This document shows, piece by piece, positions 14,632 through 28,344 of a stretch of 64,000 bases of DNA. The notes below the pieces were generated by a model that was not told where the DNA came from, searched no databases, and saw nothing but the letters and a program-made list of their open reading frames with translations. Numbering within the stretch: the first letter of the stretch is position 1; every line of letters starts with the position of its first letter. The translations under genes were made by a program, and so were the position numbers. Source of the stretch: the human T2T-CHM13v2.0 reference genome, Homo sapiens; the NCBI RefSeq assembly GCF_009914755.1, contig NC_060940.1, one strand, 5' to 3'.

Positions 14632-14934
14632 TTTTTCTTTTCTTTTCTTTTTTCTCTTTTTCCGAGACAGGGTCAGCCAGGCTGGAGTGCAGTGGTGCGA
14701 TTATGGCTCACTACATCTCAACCTCCCAGGCTCAAGTGATCCTCTCACCTCAGCCTCCAGAGCAGCTGGGACTACAGGTGTGTGCCAGCATGCCCAGCTA
14801 ATGTTTTTGGTTCTGGTGGAGATGAGGTCTCACTATGTTGCCCAGGTTGGTCTTGAACTCCTGGGCTCAAATGACTCTCCTGCCTTGGCCTCCTAAAGTG
14901 CTGGGATTACAGGCATGAGCCACCATGCCCGGCT
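14632..14934 (-). mobile_element. AluJ
   Basis: Alu reverse complement with J-type positions (GGGCTCAA, CACTATGTTGCCCAGG). Confidence 0.93.
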
Positions 14935-15169
14935 GTTGTTTTTCTGGATTACTGAAATAAACACAGTTCATAATCATGTAAGTCAGAGAGAGCCATTGGT
15001 TTTATTTTTGGATGGCATAGAGTAGGCCATACCCAAGGTGATGATTTATTCTGATTCTTTCGTAAGAACCTTCTACTGCATCTGACTGTGGATATTTAAA
15101 TGCTCTCATCACCAGCCTCTGTGGCATCCCTGCCTCACACTCAATCCATTTGCCCGACCCTCATGTGTT

Positions 15170-15540
15170 CAGAGGGTCTGACTGCAGGCACATCTACCTG
15201 CATCTGTCATTCCTTCCCCACATATATGGAGTGATGTCCAGTCAGCAGGCTGATGTACACCTTTGATATTCTGTGTTGAGTTTGGGGCTAGAGATGAATT
15301 CAGGAGTCCATAGCACATAAGGGGGAGCTACATCCCTGTACAAGAGTGGGCGAGGTCACCAGGGCATGGCAGATGGGGTATGCAAGGAGACCAGGCTATG
15401 TCTTGGGACAACCACGTTGGAGCTGCCAGTGGAGTATGGAAGGGTGGAAAGGATGAGATAGGAGGAGTGGGAGCTGAGTTAGGAGAATGCAGTGCCCTGG
15501 GGCAGAGGATTTCAAGTAGGCAATGAGCTAGGAGGACCTG
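15170..15540 (-). mobile_element. L2 fragment
   Basis: GGAGTGATGTCCAGTCAGCAG...GGGCTAGAGATGAATTCAGGAGTC motifs. Confidence 0.6.
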
Positions 15541-15719
15541 GACGAGCGAAGAAGCCCAGGCTGTGTGGGGCCTGCTGGGATTCCTATCTGCTGCCCTTGC
15601 TTGTTAATTTTTACCCAAACCCCATGAATATATGGTCTCAAATCTTGGAAATTCTAAACCCTATCTATGAGAATGAGTCTTACTCTTTTTTTTCTAGTTC
15701 ATTTTTTTTTTTTAGGTCA

Positions 15720-16560
15720 TGGAATATTATTTGATCATTAAAGAACACGGGAAGAAAAAGTGAAAAAAAGAAAAATTAAAAATGCCTAAATTTCAACCTT
15801 TCTAAACATACCATATGTTAACATTTTGGTCTATTTTCTTTCAGTGGCTTTTCAGTGGTTTAGGATTTTGAAAACTGCTATTATAATTATATTGTATACA
15901 TAAATGTGTACTAAATTTAACACATGTTGCAGGCATGAATTTATGGCTTTTAAAACATGGCAAACATCATTCAGACTGGTACAAAGTTCAGTACCCACCT
16001 TTTAATTAAATTTTCATTATATTACTCCTTTCCGTTGTTATATATGTTTTGGTTATTTGAGGTCAGGTACTGAGAGAAGAATGTAAATTTATGCCCACAA
16101 CTGTCATTTGGCCAGCTTCTTGTATTTCTAACGGTAACAAATTTTGCCTCATGTATTTCGATGCTAAAGTACTGAGTGTACAAATGTTCAGAACAGTTAT
16201 GCTTTCACAATTGCTCCTATGAATATAAAATTACCCTTTTTATCCTGCTTGACACTGCTTATTGCCTTAAATTGTGCTTTGTCTGATATAGCCACTCACG
16301 CTTTTTCTTTTGTTTGCATTTACCTGGGATAGCTTTGCCTACCCTGGAGCCATTTAATTTTAGGTGAGTCTTCTGTATGAATTTAATCTAGAACCTTTGT
16401 CTTCTTACAAGGGAATGTTAAATGCTTACATTTATCGTCATAACCATTCCAGGTGGCCCCCTGTCATCTTGTTTTATGTTTTTTGCATTTCCTTTCTTTT
16501 CTGACTTTTGAGCCATAGCTGATGATTTCTTTTCTCTTTTGCAGTGATTTGGAAGGGAGA
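15720..16560 (-). mobile_element. Old L1M (L1ME-like) fragments
   Basis: T-rich decayed L1 motifs (TTGCCTTAAATTGTGCTTTGTCTGATAT, TTTGTTTGCATTTACCTGG). Confidence 0.6.
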
Positions 16561-19500
16561 CATCTTGTTTCTCACTCCACTGATCTGCGTTCTATTGCCT
16601 CCAATGAATGTTTTAATTTGACTCTGTGTTCGGTTTCTAAGCAGCTCTGCTTATCTCAGCTTGCCCTTCTCATCTCCTTTGGTGGAGGCGACATCCTCTG
16701 CAGAGTGGTTTTAAAGGCCCTATGTTGGTTTTTCTTTGTTTGCTAGCTCCAGGAAGGGAGTCCTGCATGCCTGGAGCAGGAGAGTGGCAGGCCACTCCTA
16801 GGAGGTGCCCCAGTGCTTCCTGCAAGATGAAGGGATTGTCCAGGCCACAGGGTGTGTGTGTTTGGCAATGGTGGGTGGGAGGCGTGGCAGAAAGTGTCAT
16901 CACTACTACCTGTGTTTGGAAGCCCTTCCTTTTGGCTCCACTGGCCCTTGTTTGAGAAAGACAGCCCGAGCAGATCTGGTCCCTGCTGGCAGGGATGAAC
17001 TCTTTGCAGAGAGAGGGTTCTAGGGCTGAGGGACCAGAGTGAGGGTAGGTTGGGGGAAAGGGACCTGAGCTGGCCTTTGCCTAGAAAGGTGGGTCAGGGC
17101 CTATTGGTCTCAGCTGGGAAACTTCCTGGGCATACAAACTGTTTTAAAAAATCCTTTTAAAGACTTGTAAATGGAATTTCAGTGAGGGCTTTTTCAGTGC
17201 CTCCATTTGTCTACTCTCTTAACCAGTTATTGCTCTAATATATTGCATATTAAAACTCTCTACAGGGCAATTAGCAGCTTTAAGTGGTTTGTTTAAAATT
17301 AAACACTCTGGCATTTTTTTTTCATTTATTCAAGTTGGTTGCTCCCCCGTATCCCCTAACACAGAGGTGCCAGTTCTGCCGAGGGCCACAGACAGGAAGG
17401 GCTGGGGCCTGGGAAAGGCACGGTGGGGGCTGGCTGGGGTGGGAGGGACATCCTGCCAGGGCCCAAGTTCTCCAGAGGGAGACACAGGCCAAGAAGGGCC
17501 TCATCTTCTGGGGGGCCTGAGGGGCAGGAGTGGGACTGGCCTGCTGTCAGTGATCCTCTGCCTGACTCGGACAAAGCTTTCCCAACAGTGGCCTCAGGGA
17601 CAGGCCACAGGTCAGAAGACCACTGGTGAGAAGGAGGCAGGCAGTGTGTGCACTGGTCAGTGCTATGGCAGGGCCAGCCTGGCTACTGGGGAGGGTGGTG
17701 AAGCCAGTGGCACCTCAGGAGATCTAGACCATTTCCACTCTACACCAAAGTCTGCACCCCACAAACACCAAGTTCCTCTGGAACCAGAATCTTAGCTAAT
17801 CCTCTGCGATCCCTTGGAACATTTCAGCTGGAATCAAGTGGTAGCATCACCAGGGTCCCAAAAAACAAGTGCCGAGGAGGTCTCAGGGCAAGGACAATCT
17901 CAGGCTTGGTCACTGGAGATCAAAGTCATTACTCTAACCTCCATGCTGCTCCACCCACATAGTCAAGATAGCCACTGCCAAACCCTCAGAGCACCAGATT
18001 AGGAAACTGAGGTCCAGAGACATAGGTGATATATCCAAGTTCATGCAATAGAACAATCTGAATTCCTTACAGCATCTAAAAGTATTCCAATACATTGGCT
18101 TTTCCCCTTCTATGTGTGTTGATATAAACCCTGTGACCCAGGTGCTACTGTCTGGACCCAACACACAAGAGCGTGCATGTGTGTGTGTGGTGTGTGTTCC
18201 CCCTGGTAGAATTATTCACTCCTCCCCCTGGTAGGATTATGCTTCCAGTGCTCTCTGCTCCTCCTTCCATATTACCACTTATCTTATCTCACTGCACTGT
18301 AATTATCTATCTCTGTCTTCCTTCTAGGACTTGAGTACCAAGCAGGGTCTTTGTGCTTTTCTTTGCACATAGTAGTAGGCACACAATGGATTTTGTTAAA
18401 TGAATGTTGATGAATTCACAACGCTCCACTCACTACATATAGGTCACTATGGCTTGGCCTTATTAAATGTGCAATCCCATTATAATAAATTAATTTAAAA
18501 TTATATTCTTCTGAAGGTTAACAGTGGAAAAACTGTACTTTGCTCAGCATACCATGCCTGTGGGACGGACACATGGCTGCTTGGACCACACTAATTCATG
18601 GTGCCCCTTGTGGCAGCATGCTCTAATTGCAGGCAAAGGGTCTCAAGAGCTTGTCTTTCAAATAAGGAATACAAAGGCAAATCATCCTCACCGACTGTAT
18701 ACGAGCTTCTGAAATACACCAGCCTTTGCCTCTACTCTGCTACCCCAGGTTCCACATACCAGGTCTGCTTAGACCTGGTGTGAGATAAGGTTGGCAGTAT
18801 TTATAAGATCCCGACTTGCCTCACCTGTTGGGCTACATTAATTCCAGAGGCGTGAGGAAGCACCCAGAAGGGAATGTCATGAAGTGGCCATGTGCATTTG
18901 CACATTTTCTACACTGCATCTCTTGTTCTGTTTTAGAATTGACTACCTCCCTGAGGACAGGGACTGTATCTCATTCACTTCCATCTCTCCAGTGTCTGGC
19001 ACAGGGTTCAACACAGAGTAGGAGCCAGTTGTGTGAGCAGGGCGTGAATACTTGGTCCTGGCTGATGAAGTTGCTCTGATGTAACCAAACAGCCCTACTT
19101 TCTGATGCACAGCCATTCCAAACATCCGTGCCTTTATTGTTATCATTCTGATTTCTCAACTTGATTTTGTTTTCCAGAAGTCACCATTCAACCCTGTCGA
19201 GTTCAGCATGTGCTGACACACATTGTTACTGGGGTCAATGGCCAGATGAGCCCTTAACATTTCATTTCCAAGTGTTTGTCATTTCTCATTAGTTATATGT
19301 TTATAATCACTAAGGTCTTATCCCTGGACAACTTGTCAAAATTGTTGTGGCCTTGCCCACCCTTGCACTCATCCTTCCAGAACTGTGGAGAGCATCTGGA
19401 ATCCTAGCATGACTTTTCAAAGAAAACACAGTGATCTCTTTCATCCTCTATTATCTTGCACATCAAAACTCTTTACTCATCAAGAGACTCTCTCATAGCT

Positions 19501-20674
19501 GTGAAAGTTACCTCCTCACTGCCTTGCATCCTCCACAGAACTGCAGGTGCCTCTTGGAAGAAGTGCTGCATCTGTGCCCCTCTCCTTTCCTGCCTTTGTT
19601 TTCCATTGTCATTAGAAGCGTAGCCATGGAGAGAAATCTGGCGCAGAGTGCAACTGCAGCCATTAGAAAAGACATTTTCCTTCTAACCAGCCTAAGGAGG
19701 ATGGGGTTTGGTTTTCAGCCCCTGCAGCCTACAGAGAAATAAGCAGAATGAATTCAAGATGGCAGGTCCAAAAAAATCTCCTTTTGTAAAACAAGCTGTT
19801 TGCACAGGAGCAGGTGACTGATGGGTGCTGCAACCAAAAAGGGATGTGGAATTTGCAATGACCCCAACTCAGGCCCTCCCAGCAGCCACCCTGGGAGGCA
19901 GCTGCTCAGGAGTGTCACTGGGAATCATGAACCAAAGGATACTATTGCCTGCCTCCCAGTGCACAGGGAGCAAATCTTCTGCCTCCTCCCTCACAGAGAA
20001 AGCCTCTCCTAAGCTTTGTGCTTGGGTTTGGGCACTGCAGCTGTTCTTGGCATCTGTGCTTCATGGCAGCCATTACTGCCTGCGACTTGACACAGGCAGG
20101 AATCCTTGTGGCAGACCTGCTACCCTTCTCCTGCCCAGGGCTTTTGTGAAGACCAAATGAGAGAAATAATGTAATTTATTTGAAAACCAAATAGTACTGG
20201 TAGGAATGCTCAACTGTGGTGCTACCTGGCAATACCCTCCAGAAGCTCTGGCTTTGAGACACTTGGTGAGCACACTCAACACTGCAACAAATTACCCAGA
20301 TTCAGTGAGATGCCTCAAACTGATGGCCTCAGATTTCATATCCCTTTCTTTGCCTATGAGCTTTTTTGGTTCTCTAACACTTGTTAGTCTGACATTCAAG
20401 GCTTTCTCAACTCTTCTTTCCAAACATCTATTTCATATGGAAACTCTTCTCCATTTCAGTGCTCCCAAACATACCATTGTCATTCCTACCCCTGTTCATT
20501 TGATCACAACTTTCCCTTGCCTTCCTTCCCCATCCCACTCACCCCTCAGAGATTATCCATATTGTACCCATGCTTGAAGACCAAGCATAAGACTTCTCCA
20601 CAAGTTGACCCACAAATCACCCTCCCTCCTTCAAAATAATAGTTACTGGGTTCTTGCTGATCTTGAACCAGAGA

Positions 20675-21080
20675 AGCAGTGATCTCAGTGGTTAAGAACA
20701 GGCTCTGCAGTCAGATTGCCTGGGTTGGGGTCCTGGTCCTCTTACTGTCTGCGTGACCTTAAGCAAGTTACTTAAAGTCCCTGAGCATTGCTTTCCTCAG
20801 CCGTAAAGTAAGGATAATAATGGTATTCTTTTACACATATGTATTGCTGAGCACAATGCCTGACCCACTGTAAACACTTGAACGAGGGTTAGTATTGTCT
20901 CTAAGCATTTTCATATATGTTGCCATGTAATTGCCATGGCGGGAAAAGTTAGTTTTATTGCCCCAGAGGAGAAAGATGAAGTCTGGAAAGGTTAAAGCAC
21001 TTGCCCAAGGCCACACATTTGATGGTAAAAATGTGATTCAGACTCAAGTTTGGTTGGCATCCATAGCTTTTCCACTGCCA
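20675..21080. mobile_element. Two MIRs in opposite orientation
   Basis: GTGACCTTAAGCAAGTTACTTAA (+) and GGTTAAAGCACTTGCCCAAGGCCACAC (-) cores. Confidence 0.75.
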
Positions 21081-22026
21081 TAGCCAACTTGCCTTAATCA
21101 GGACTCCTGTGGTTACTCCAGCCCCCGTTCCTTGGTTCACTCTGCATATGAGCATCTCTCCTCTCCCCAGCCAGACCCTGGTCTCCTCCTGGGGAAGGGT
21201 TCTCAAAACACCCCACTCTAGCTATCCATCATTTGGCATTTGTTGAATTAACAAAAGAAAGAATGAGTAGGAAAATGTGCATATTAACACCAGACTATCC
21301 CCAAATAACTTAGCACTGGTACTTAGTACCTGAAAGTCAGGGGTCTCCCAACAGAACCAGAGGTGAGCCTCCTTCCACCTCAATTCACCTGCTATGCTTT
21401 GAGTCAGGAAATCTGTGTTGCTCTCCTGCTAAAACATTTGAAGTGATCCTCACTTTTCCTGTAGGACTAATCTGAGTATTTTCTTTACAGTTCAACGTGC
21501 TCTGTTAACATAAGCCTTCACTGAGCTTAATACATATTTCTTTGGCTGTCTTCCTCCAGAAGGCAAACTTTTGGAAAAAAAGGTGATGGTTGAGAACAGC
21601 AACAATATGTGTTCCCTCAGAGCTATGCAGTGAATGGACCCATGGCCTGCCCTAGGAGTCAGGAGAAATGGCTCTGGGCTCTGGTTTCCAGATTTACGTT
21701 CTCTCTTTTTAAAAGCAAAGCTACTTGTAAAGTGCTGTAAACACCGAGGTCAGAACTTCAGGGTAAACATGATGGAGAACAATGCCCATTTTGCTACTTG
21801 CCTCATTATCCCAGGAAAGAGCCTCATGTGTGTTAATTGGACAGAGAAGAACATGAAAGATTGTGTAGAGTGTGCCCAAAGTTACTGATATCCTACGTTT
21901 TGGTGTAGACACACTTAATCAGGTGAAACTGTCCTTTCAATCTCCTCAGGCACTGAATAAGGATGGGGAATGACGCAGTAGAGTTGTAGAAAAGGCACTG
22001 AAGATTCTGAACAGCAAATTCTCTTT

Positions 22027-22331
22027 CTTTTTTTCATTGTTTTTTTGAGACGGTCTCATTCCAGTAGCCCAAGCTGGAGTACAGTGGTGCAATGTTGGCT
22101 CACTGCAGCCTCTACCTCCCATGCTCAGGTGATCCTCCCACCTCAGCCTCCTCCTGAGTAGCTGGGACTACAGGTGCACACCACCATGCCTGGCAAATAT
22201 TTTGTATTTTTAGTAGAGATGGGGTTTCACCATGTTGCCCAGGCTGGTCTTGAACTCCTGGACTAAATAAATCCACTCGCCTCGACCTCTCAAAGTGCTG
22301 GGATTATAGGCGTGAGCCACTGCGCTTGGCC
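22027..22331 (-). mobile_element. AluJ-like
   Basis: Full Alu; TSD TGAAC(A/T)GCAAATTC. Confidence 0.93.
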
Positions 22332-22409
22332 TGAACTGCAAATTCTATATTAAATAACAAAAAGTTCTCTATTAAAGAATACCTGAAATCCCATTTAGTC
22401 ACAGCTGTC

Positions 22410-22620
22410 ATTTGTTGAGTGCCTACTATGTACCTGATGTTTTATTTGTATTATCTAATTTAATCCTCACTACAACCTGCAACAGAGTTGGTACTATCTC
22501 CATTTTACAGAACAGAAAACTGAGACTCAGTGTCTTGTCAAAGGCCAGTAAGTGGCAGAGTAGCTTTGACCTTGGGTATGTCTGATTCCTGTCCAGAATT
22601 TTTCTCCCAGAGCACAAGGT
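22410..22620 (-). mobile_element. MIR
   Basis: TTTAATCCTCACTACAACC...CCATTTTACAGAACAGAAAACTGAGACTCAG. Confidence 0.8.
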
Positions 22621-23225
22621 TGTCATTCCCCTGATTCCCCTGAGGAATCTGGGAGTCCAAGAGACTTAGAGCTCTTGAGTCATCTGGTACAATCATCCTC
22701 TTCCTCAACTCATTAGCTGAAGTCAAGACCTGTGCATAATGCAGTTAGATAATTTGTTTATTCATTGTATGCTTATGTAAATGGCTTGAAATCTTTCCTC
22801 GACATCATTATCTGCCAGAAAATAGGGGCCGCATACTTAGCAAGTGTTTTCAATCATGTTTTAACTAGTAATAAATCTTTTGCTTGATTTATCTGAAAAT
22901 TGTCTGCTTGCTCTCCTTCCTGTTGCCCTTATCTTGTAACACTTCATAAGCTTCCTCCAATAGTAATAACAATAGTTAATATTAAGTGAACACTCACTCT
23001 GGACCTGTCAGTCACTGTTCTAAGTGATTTAGCTCAAAACCTAGGAGGTAGGCTTTATTATCACCTCATTCTGCAGGTGAGGAAACTAAGGCACAACTTG
23101 CTCAAGTTTATGCAGCCCAAATAGCAGAGCCAGGATTCAAATCCCAGGCTAATTGATTACAGACCTACTTTGCTAAATGCCTCAGTTTATAAAGAAAATA
23201 TCCTCCTAAATGGAAACAGTCTAGA

Positions 23226-23525
23226 ACAACACTGCCCAGTAGAAATATAATGTGAGTTATAAATGCAAGCCACATATACAATATAAATTTTCTAGTGGCC
23301 ACATTATAAAAGTAAAAAGAAACAAGTGAAATTAATTTAAATATATTTTACTTAATATATCTAAAATATTATTTTAACCTGTAATCAATATTACCATTAC
23401 TAATGCAACATTTTACATTTTTTATACTAATTTTTCAAAAGCTAGTGTATGTTTTATACTTATAGCACATCTTAATTGCCACTAGACATATTTCAAGTGC
23501 TTATGGCCCCATATTAGACAACAGA
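23226..23525. mobile_element. MER33 (hAT-Charlie)
   Basis: CTGCCCAGTAGAAATATAATGTGAG...TTTTCTAGTGGCCACATT...TTTCAAGTGCT...ATTAGACA. Confidence 0.85.
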
Positions 23526-23583
23526 TATATAGACAGACATTCTACTTTTCCTATTTTTTTCTATTATTTGTTTCTATTTCAAC

Positions 23584-23897
<314 letters not shown>

Positions 23898-26800
23898 ATT
23901 TCAACTTAAAATTTGGGTTTTGCATTGGTATTGGATCAAAGAAGCCTATGTTAACGGAAATGTATCCTTTGGGTAATTAAATGAACAGAGCAACAGTTTA
24001 GGACAGTGGAAAGAACATGCTTTAGGCATTAAAAAATCTGGGTTCTAAGCCCCATCTTAGAACCACTAACCAGGGCTGTGGCCAGAGCAGCCCTCAACTT
24101 CCCTCGCTGTCTTTCCTCATGTTAAAAAGACATGATGGTTTATGATTATTAATATCCTTTCCATTTCTAAAGCTCTTTCTGCTTACAGCACACATTATTT
24201 CAGGGTTTCTGTGTCTGTTTCCTTGTTCCGTTCAAGATTTCTATAAGAAAGGACTTATCCCACATTGTGGTTGTGTTCCCCGTGCCCAGCGCTGTGGCTG
24301 ACACATTTTTGTAGGCACAAGAAATGTCTGTTGAATGAATGGAAATCCAGTCCTCCTTTGAGGGACTCCTGGGCCTCCCAGTTCTTGCCAGAATGATCAC
24401 AACAGCCTTAGCAATTAATTGCACTTTCTCATATTGGCCTAAAATCTTAACAATCTAAGCTTTCTAAAGGGTTATAGCCAGGATTAGAAACCATTTCCTG
24501 ATCCTGTGTGCAAAGGAGGTGGTACTCAGCCCTAGGTGTGGCTGCCTAGAGACCCCCACAAATGGCCTCCTTCTTATTACACGCTGTTCTGATGCTGAGG
24601 AGAGTTAATTAATGACTCTAAATAAGAAAACAATCAAATCTGTCTGCAGTCATATGAGTCAGAGCAGACCCAGATGGGGTGCCAGGTCCTTGGCTTCCAA
24701 GCGCCCTCGGGAAAAGCAGTAGCAGCCTTTGCTCCTTTCATCAGAGCTCTGCGAAGCCCCAGCTTGGAAGGGGAAGGAATCACTCAAAATGGAATGGAGA
24801 CTCAGCTTGATATGAAGAATTTTTCTTAAAAGTCTAACCCCTTATCTGAGTGTTGTACAGACTGAGGCCCAGGGAGAGGAGAAAAAACATAAGTTCATTC
24901 CTTTCTACCCTCTTTAGACATCCAAATCGAATGGGGAGTTCTCAGAAACCGGCCCCTGTGTGTGTTGCAAGATTGGAGCAGTTGGAACTGCCACTTTAGG
25001 AGGACAAGACTTGTGGTCTGAAATTCACCAAACCCCAAACCTGCCCACCTTCTGGAGTCTTGCAGCCACATATGGAGGTAGAGCTTTGGTTGGGTGGCAT
25101 AAGGACAGGAATGTGATGCTTTCCTGAGATTGGCTGAGGCCCACACAGTGAAAATTTTATTTAGGTGTTAGAGGCTTTGCTATGAAAATCTGAGAGTGCA
25201 AATAGGTGGAAGGAATCTCTTAACAATATCTGAGTGTCTTCAGCTTTGGAATAGGCTGCTAGGAAATAAAGATAAGCTCTATTTCTTTGGCTGTATGTGT
25301 ACTCTTTGTCAAATAACAGCTTCCTCATGTTTTTTTTCCTTCCTTTCTTAAAAACGAAAAACAATGACAACACTTTGTTGCCATCTACGCTTGGCTTCCT
25401 GTGAAAATTTTCCACAGTGGAAAGAAACCCCTGGGCTACTGGTCATGAAGGTCATTATACTACCCTTTCCCCATTCTTTGGTAACCAAGTTCAGTTAACA
25501 AAGCTGGATAAGATATAAAGTAGGTGGCACTATCCTTGCTGAACTTGGAAAGACTGATTTGTGTCTAAATCCTAGTGGGTCCGCAATCCTATTCCTCTGG
25601 CATTTGATTATAAACTTACATAGAATAATCCAATAGTTCAGTTTTATTTCTGTAATAGCAATAGGGAAAAAACAGTGGTAAGGAGGAACTTCCAGAGTTT
25701 GAGATCCAGGATGGAACCTAAATTCTTCCCCTTCTGTGTAACCTTGGGAAAGCCCTCAAAGCTTGGTTTCCTCACCTTGAAAGTGGGAATTATGCCACCA
25801 CCTACCTCACAGGACTGTGAGGATTAAATACATTCTTACATGTGAAGAGCCTAAGTCAGAAAATGTTTCCTCTTATTAGCTCATAATTCTTTAAACAGGG
25901 ATTGCTGATGAGTTTGTTCGAAGTAATGCAGTAATATCCACCACAGCTCTGTTTCCTCCTATTCCATTCTGTAATCAGCTTTGGGGAAATCCTCTTGGAG
26001 GCCATGGCCCTCAGCTCTTGCTTCTGGTCCACACCCAGAAGTCCTCCCTTCCCACCAGGTGGGTGAGGCCAGCACTCCAGAACCTTGGACAGCTCTCCTC
26101 CACAGTGATCCAGCTGGCTGCCCCAGGGAGCAGGAGGGTCTTGGGAAATTTTCCGAGAAAAGCTGCATTAGTGCAGTGATTTAGGAATACCAGGGCTGCA
26201 GTCTCATTTCCAGCATGCATGCTGCCACTTGCATGCGTGTTCAGATTCTTCAACATGACCAGCCCTTCTGGAAATTTCTAAGGAGCCTCTCAGAACTGCT
26301 CACAAGATTTACCAAATCTTAGGGCCTTTTCCTTCTTTTCTATGAACTCCAAGAATTTTTTTGAGCCCAAAAAGAACAGAAACACCACCCACATCTTCCT
26401 GAATCTGCTGATATTTAATTTGTTTGGCTTCAGTACAAGGATTAAACATTCTTGATTAACTTCAAGTGAAAGTAATAATGTATGAGCATGAGGAAATGTT
26501 TTACAAGACAAAGATACAGGTATAAATTAAAAGAAACATAAAATAACGTTATTGCCTGTAGGTGATGTTAAGCACCATTCTAATCAGGATAAGCAGGTGG
26601 TTCAATTTATGAGGCAATTTAGCTTTTCACTCTCCAATGCAGAATACAACACACCATATGCAGTCACCTTCCAAACAGGCAAGGAAGAGATTAAGTCCTA
26701 TTTTTACTTTATGATACTGAGTCACATAGTTCAATGCAAATCACATGGATGCCAAAGTAAGAACAATACCAGGTATTAAAATACCTTCTTTCCTTTGCAG

Positions 26801-28306
26801 AGCTGCAGAGCTCTTAGGATTTTGTGACTGCAAGAAATTCCTTCAGAGTAACTCCAGGAGAAGAGACACATGTCACCAGATGGGTATTTAGGACTGAGCA
26901 TGTCTTATCTCTCTCCCCCACTTCTGTCATTAGGCCTGGAAAGCCGTATTTGCAGCTTTTTGCATTTGGTAATAGCCTCCAGAAGCCTTCATTTTCTGGG
27001 CTACATTGTTTTTGAGGAAAAGAGGGCTTGCCTTTGAAAAATGTTATTGACTAATTTAATAATGACAGAAAGAAGAGGATAAATGTGGAACAGGGAAAGA
27101 GGAGAAAAGAGTAGTAGAGGTAGAGGTAGAGACAGGAGATGCCTAAATCTCTTTGGCCTTGATAAGTGTTTTCCATGCATTGTCCTTATAAATGGGTTTG
27201 ATGCCCACCTTCCACTGGTCAGAAACTTGAACAAAGACCTTCAAGCCCTCTTTAAACATTTCCATAGAGGTGAAGACAGCAGCAATTCCATGGCTTGAAC
27301 TAGCTTGAAAGAACTTCAGACAAGAACATCAACTCAACACTCTGAAGGTAGGAGGGAGCCCCCCAATAGAAAGATTTGTGATTTTACCTGACAATGCTCA
27401 CACTCACTCTGAGCCTCTACACCATGGGGGAGTGTTAGTTGCCAAATTGTGACTGGTTTAACCTCTTTCCAGCAGAGGTCGCTGTGGACACTGGGAGTGG
27501 ATACTTGTGGGAACTGGATCAGGCAGCCTGGGCTAGATAGATGGTGGCTACATTGTGTAGTACTTGCTCTTTCTGTTGTTCTGCTGGCCATCATCTGGTC
27601 TCTCATCCTATGGGAAGTAGATCTCTGTGAAGATTATCTCAAAGCTGCACAGTACCTTTGCTATGCAAGTGCTGTGAAATCAGGGTCACTTATTGGGGAG
27701 GGCAGGTCTGGGAGGGGCATGCTTATCCTCTAGGGGTATCACCTTGTAGTGTATGTCTGTGTTACCCTTGTTTCCTCTCTGAGGAAACAGTATTTCTGAG
27801 ACACCTAGTATTTCTGAGACACTGCCTGTGACTGACCAGCAACGTCAGCGCCATGCCCTTCCAGACATGGAGGCCAAAGTGACAAAAGTTGCCTTGCAAC
27901 GTAGTCCTGCACCCACATCATAAGTGACTCTGTTGATGAGTCCCCTGCCAAGCCTCACTTGGAAACACATGGTGGTGGTGAGGGGGCAGAATTCTGGTCT
28001 TTGGAGCAGCCTATTACAGTAGGATAAAGCTTCTGATAAAATGGGAAGGGCAGGGCACTGGTGAGTATGTCAGGGTCAGACCTGAGACCTCAGAAGGGCT
28101 GAAGAAGGCTCCACATAGTTGTGAATTCCCCACTTACTGGGCCTTTCGCAGGCCAGGCAGGCTAGGCACAAAGCAACCTGAAGCTACCTTCACCCTGAGG
28201 GCATCCACTCGGACCCTAGGTCATTGCTGTGGCTTGAGAGTTAAAGATGTGACTACCCTGCTCCCCACCCCCACAACATCCAAGCCCATCAGTAAATAAG
28301 TGGTTC

Positions 28307-28310
<4 letters not shown>

Positions 28311-28343
<33 letters not shown>
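28311..28343. repeat. (AC)16 microsatellite
   Basis: Direct read. Confidence 0.98.
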
Positions 28344-28344
<1 letters not shown>

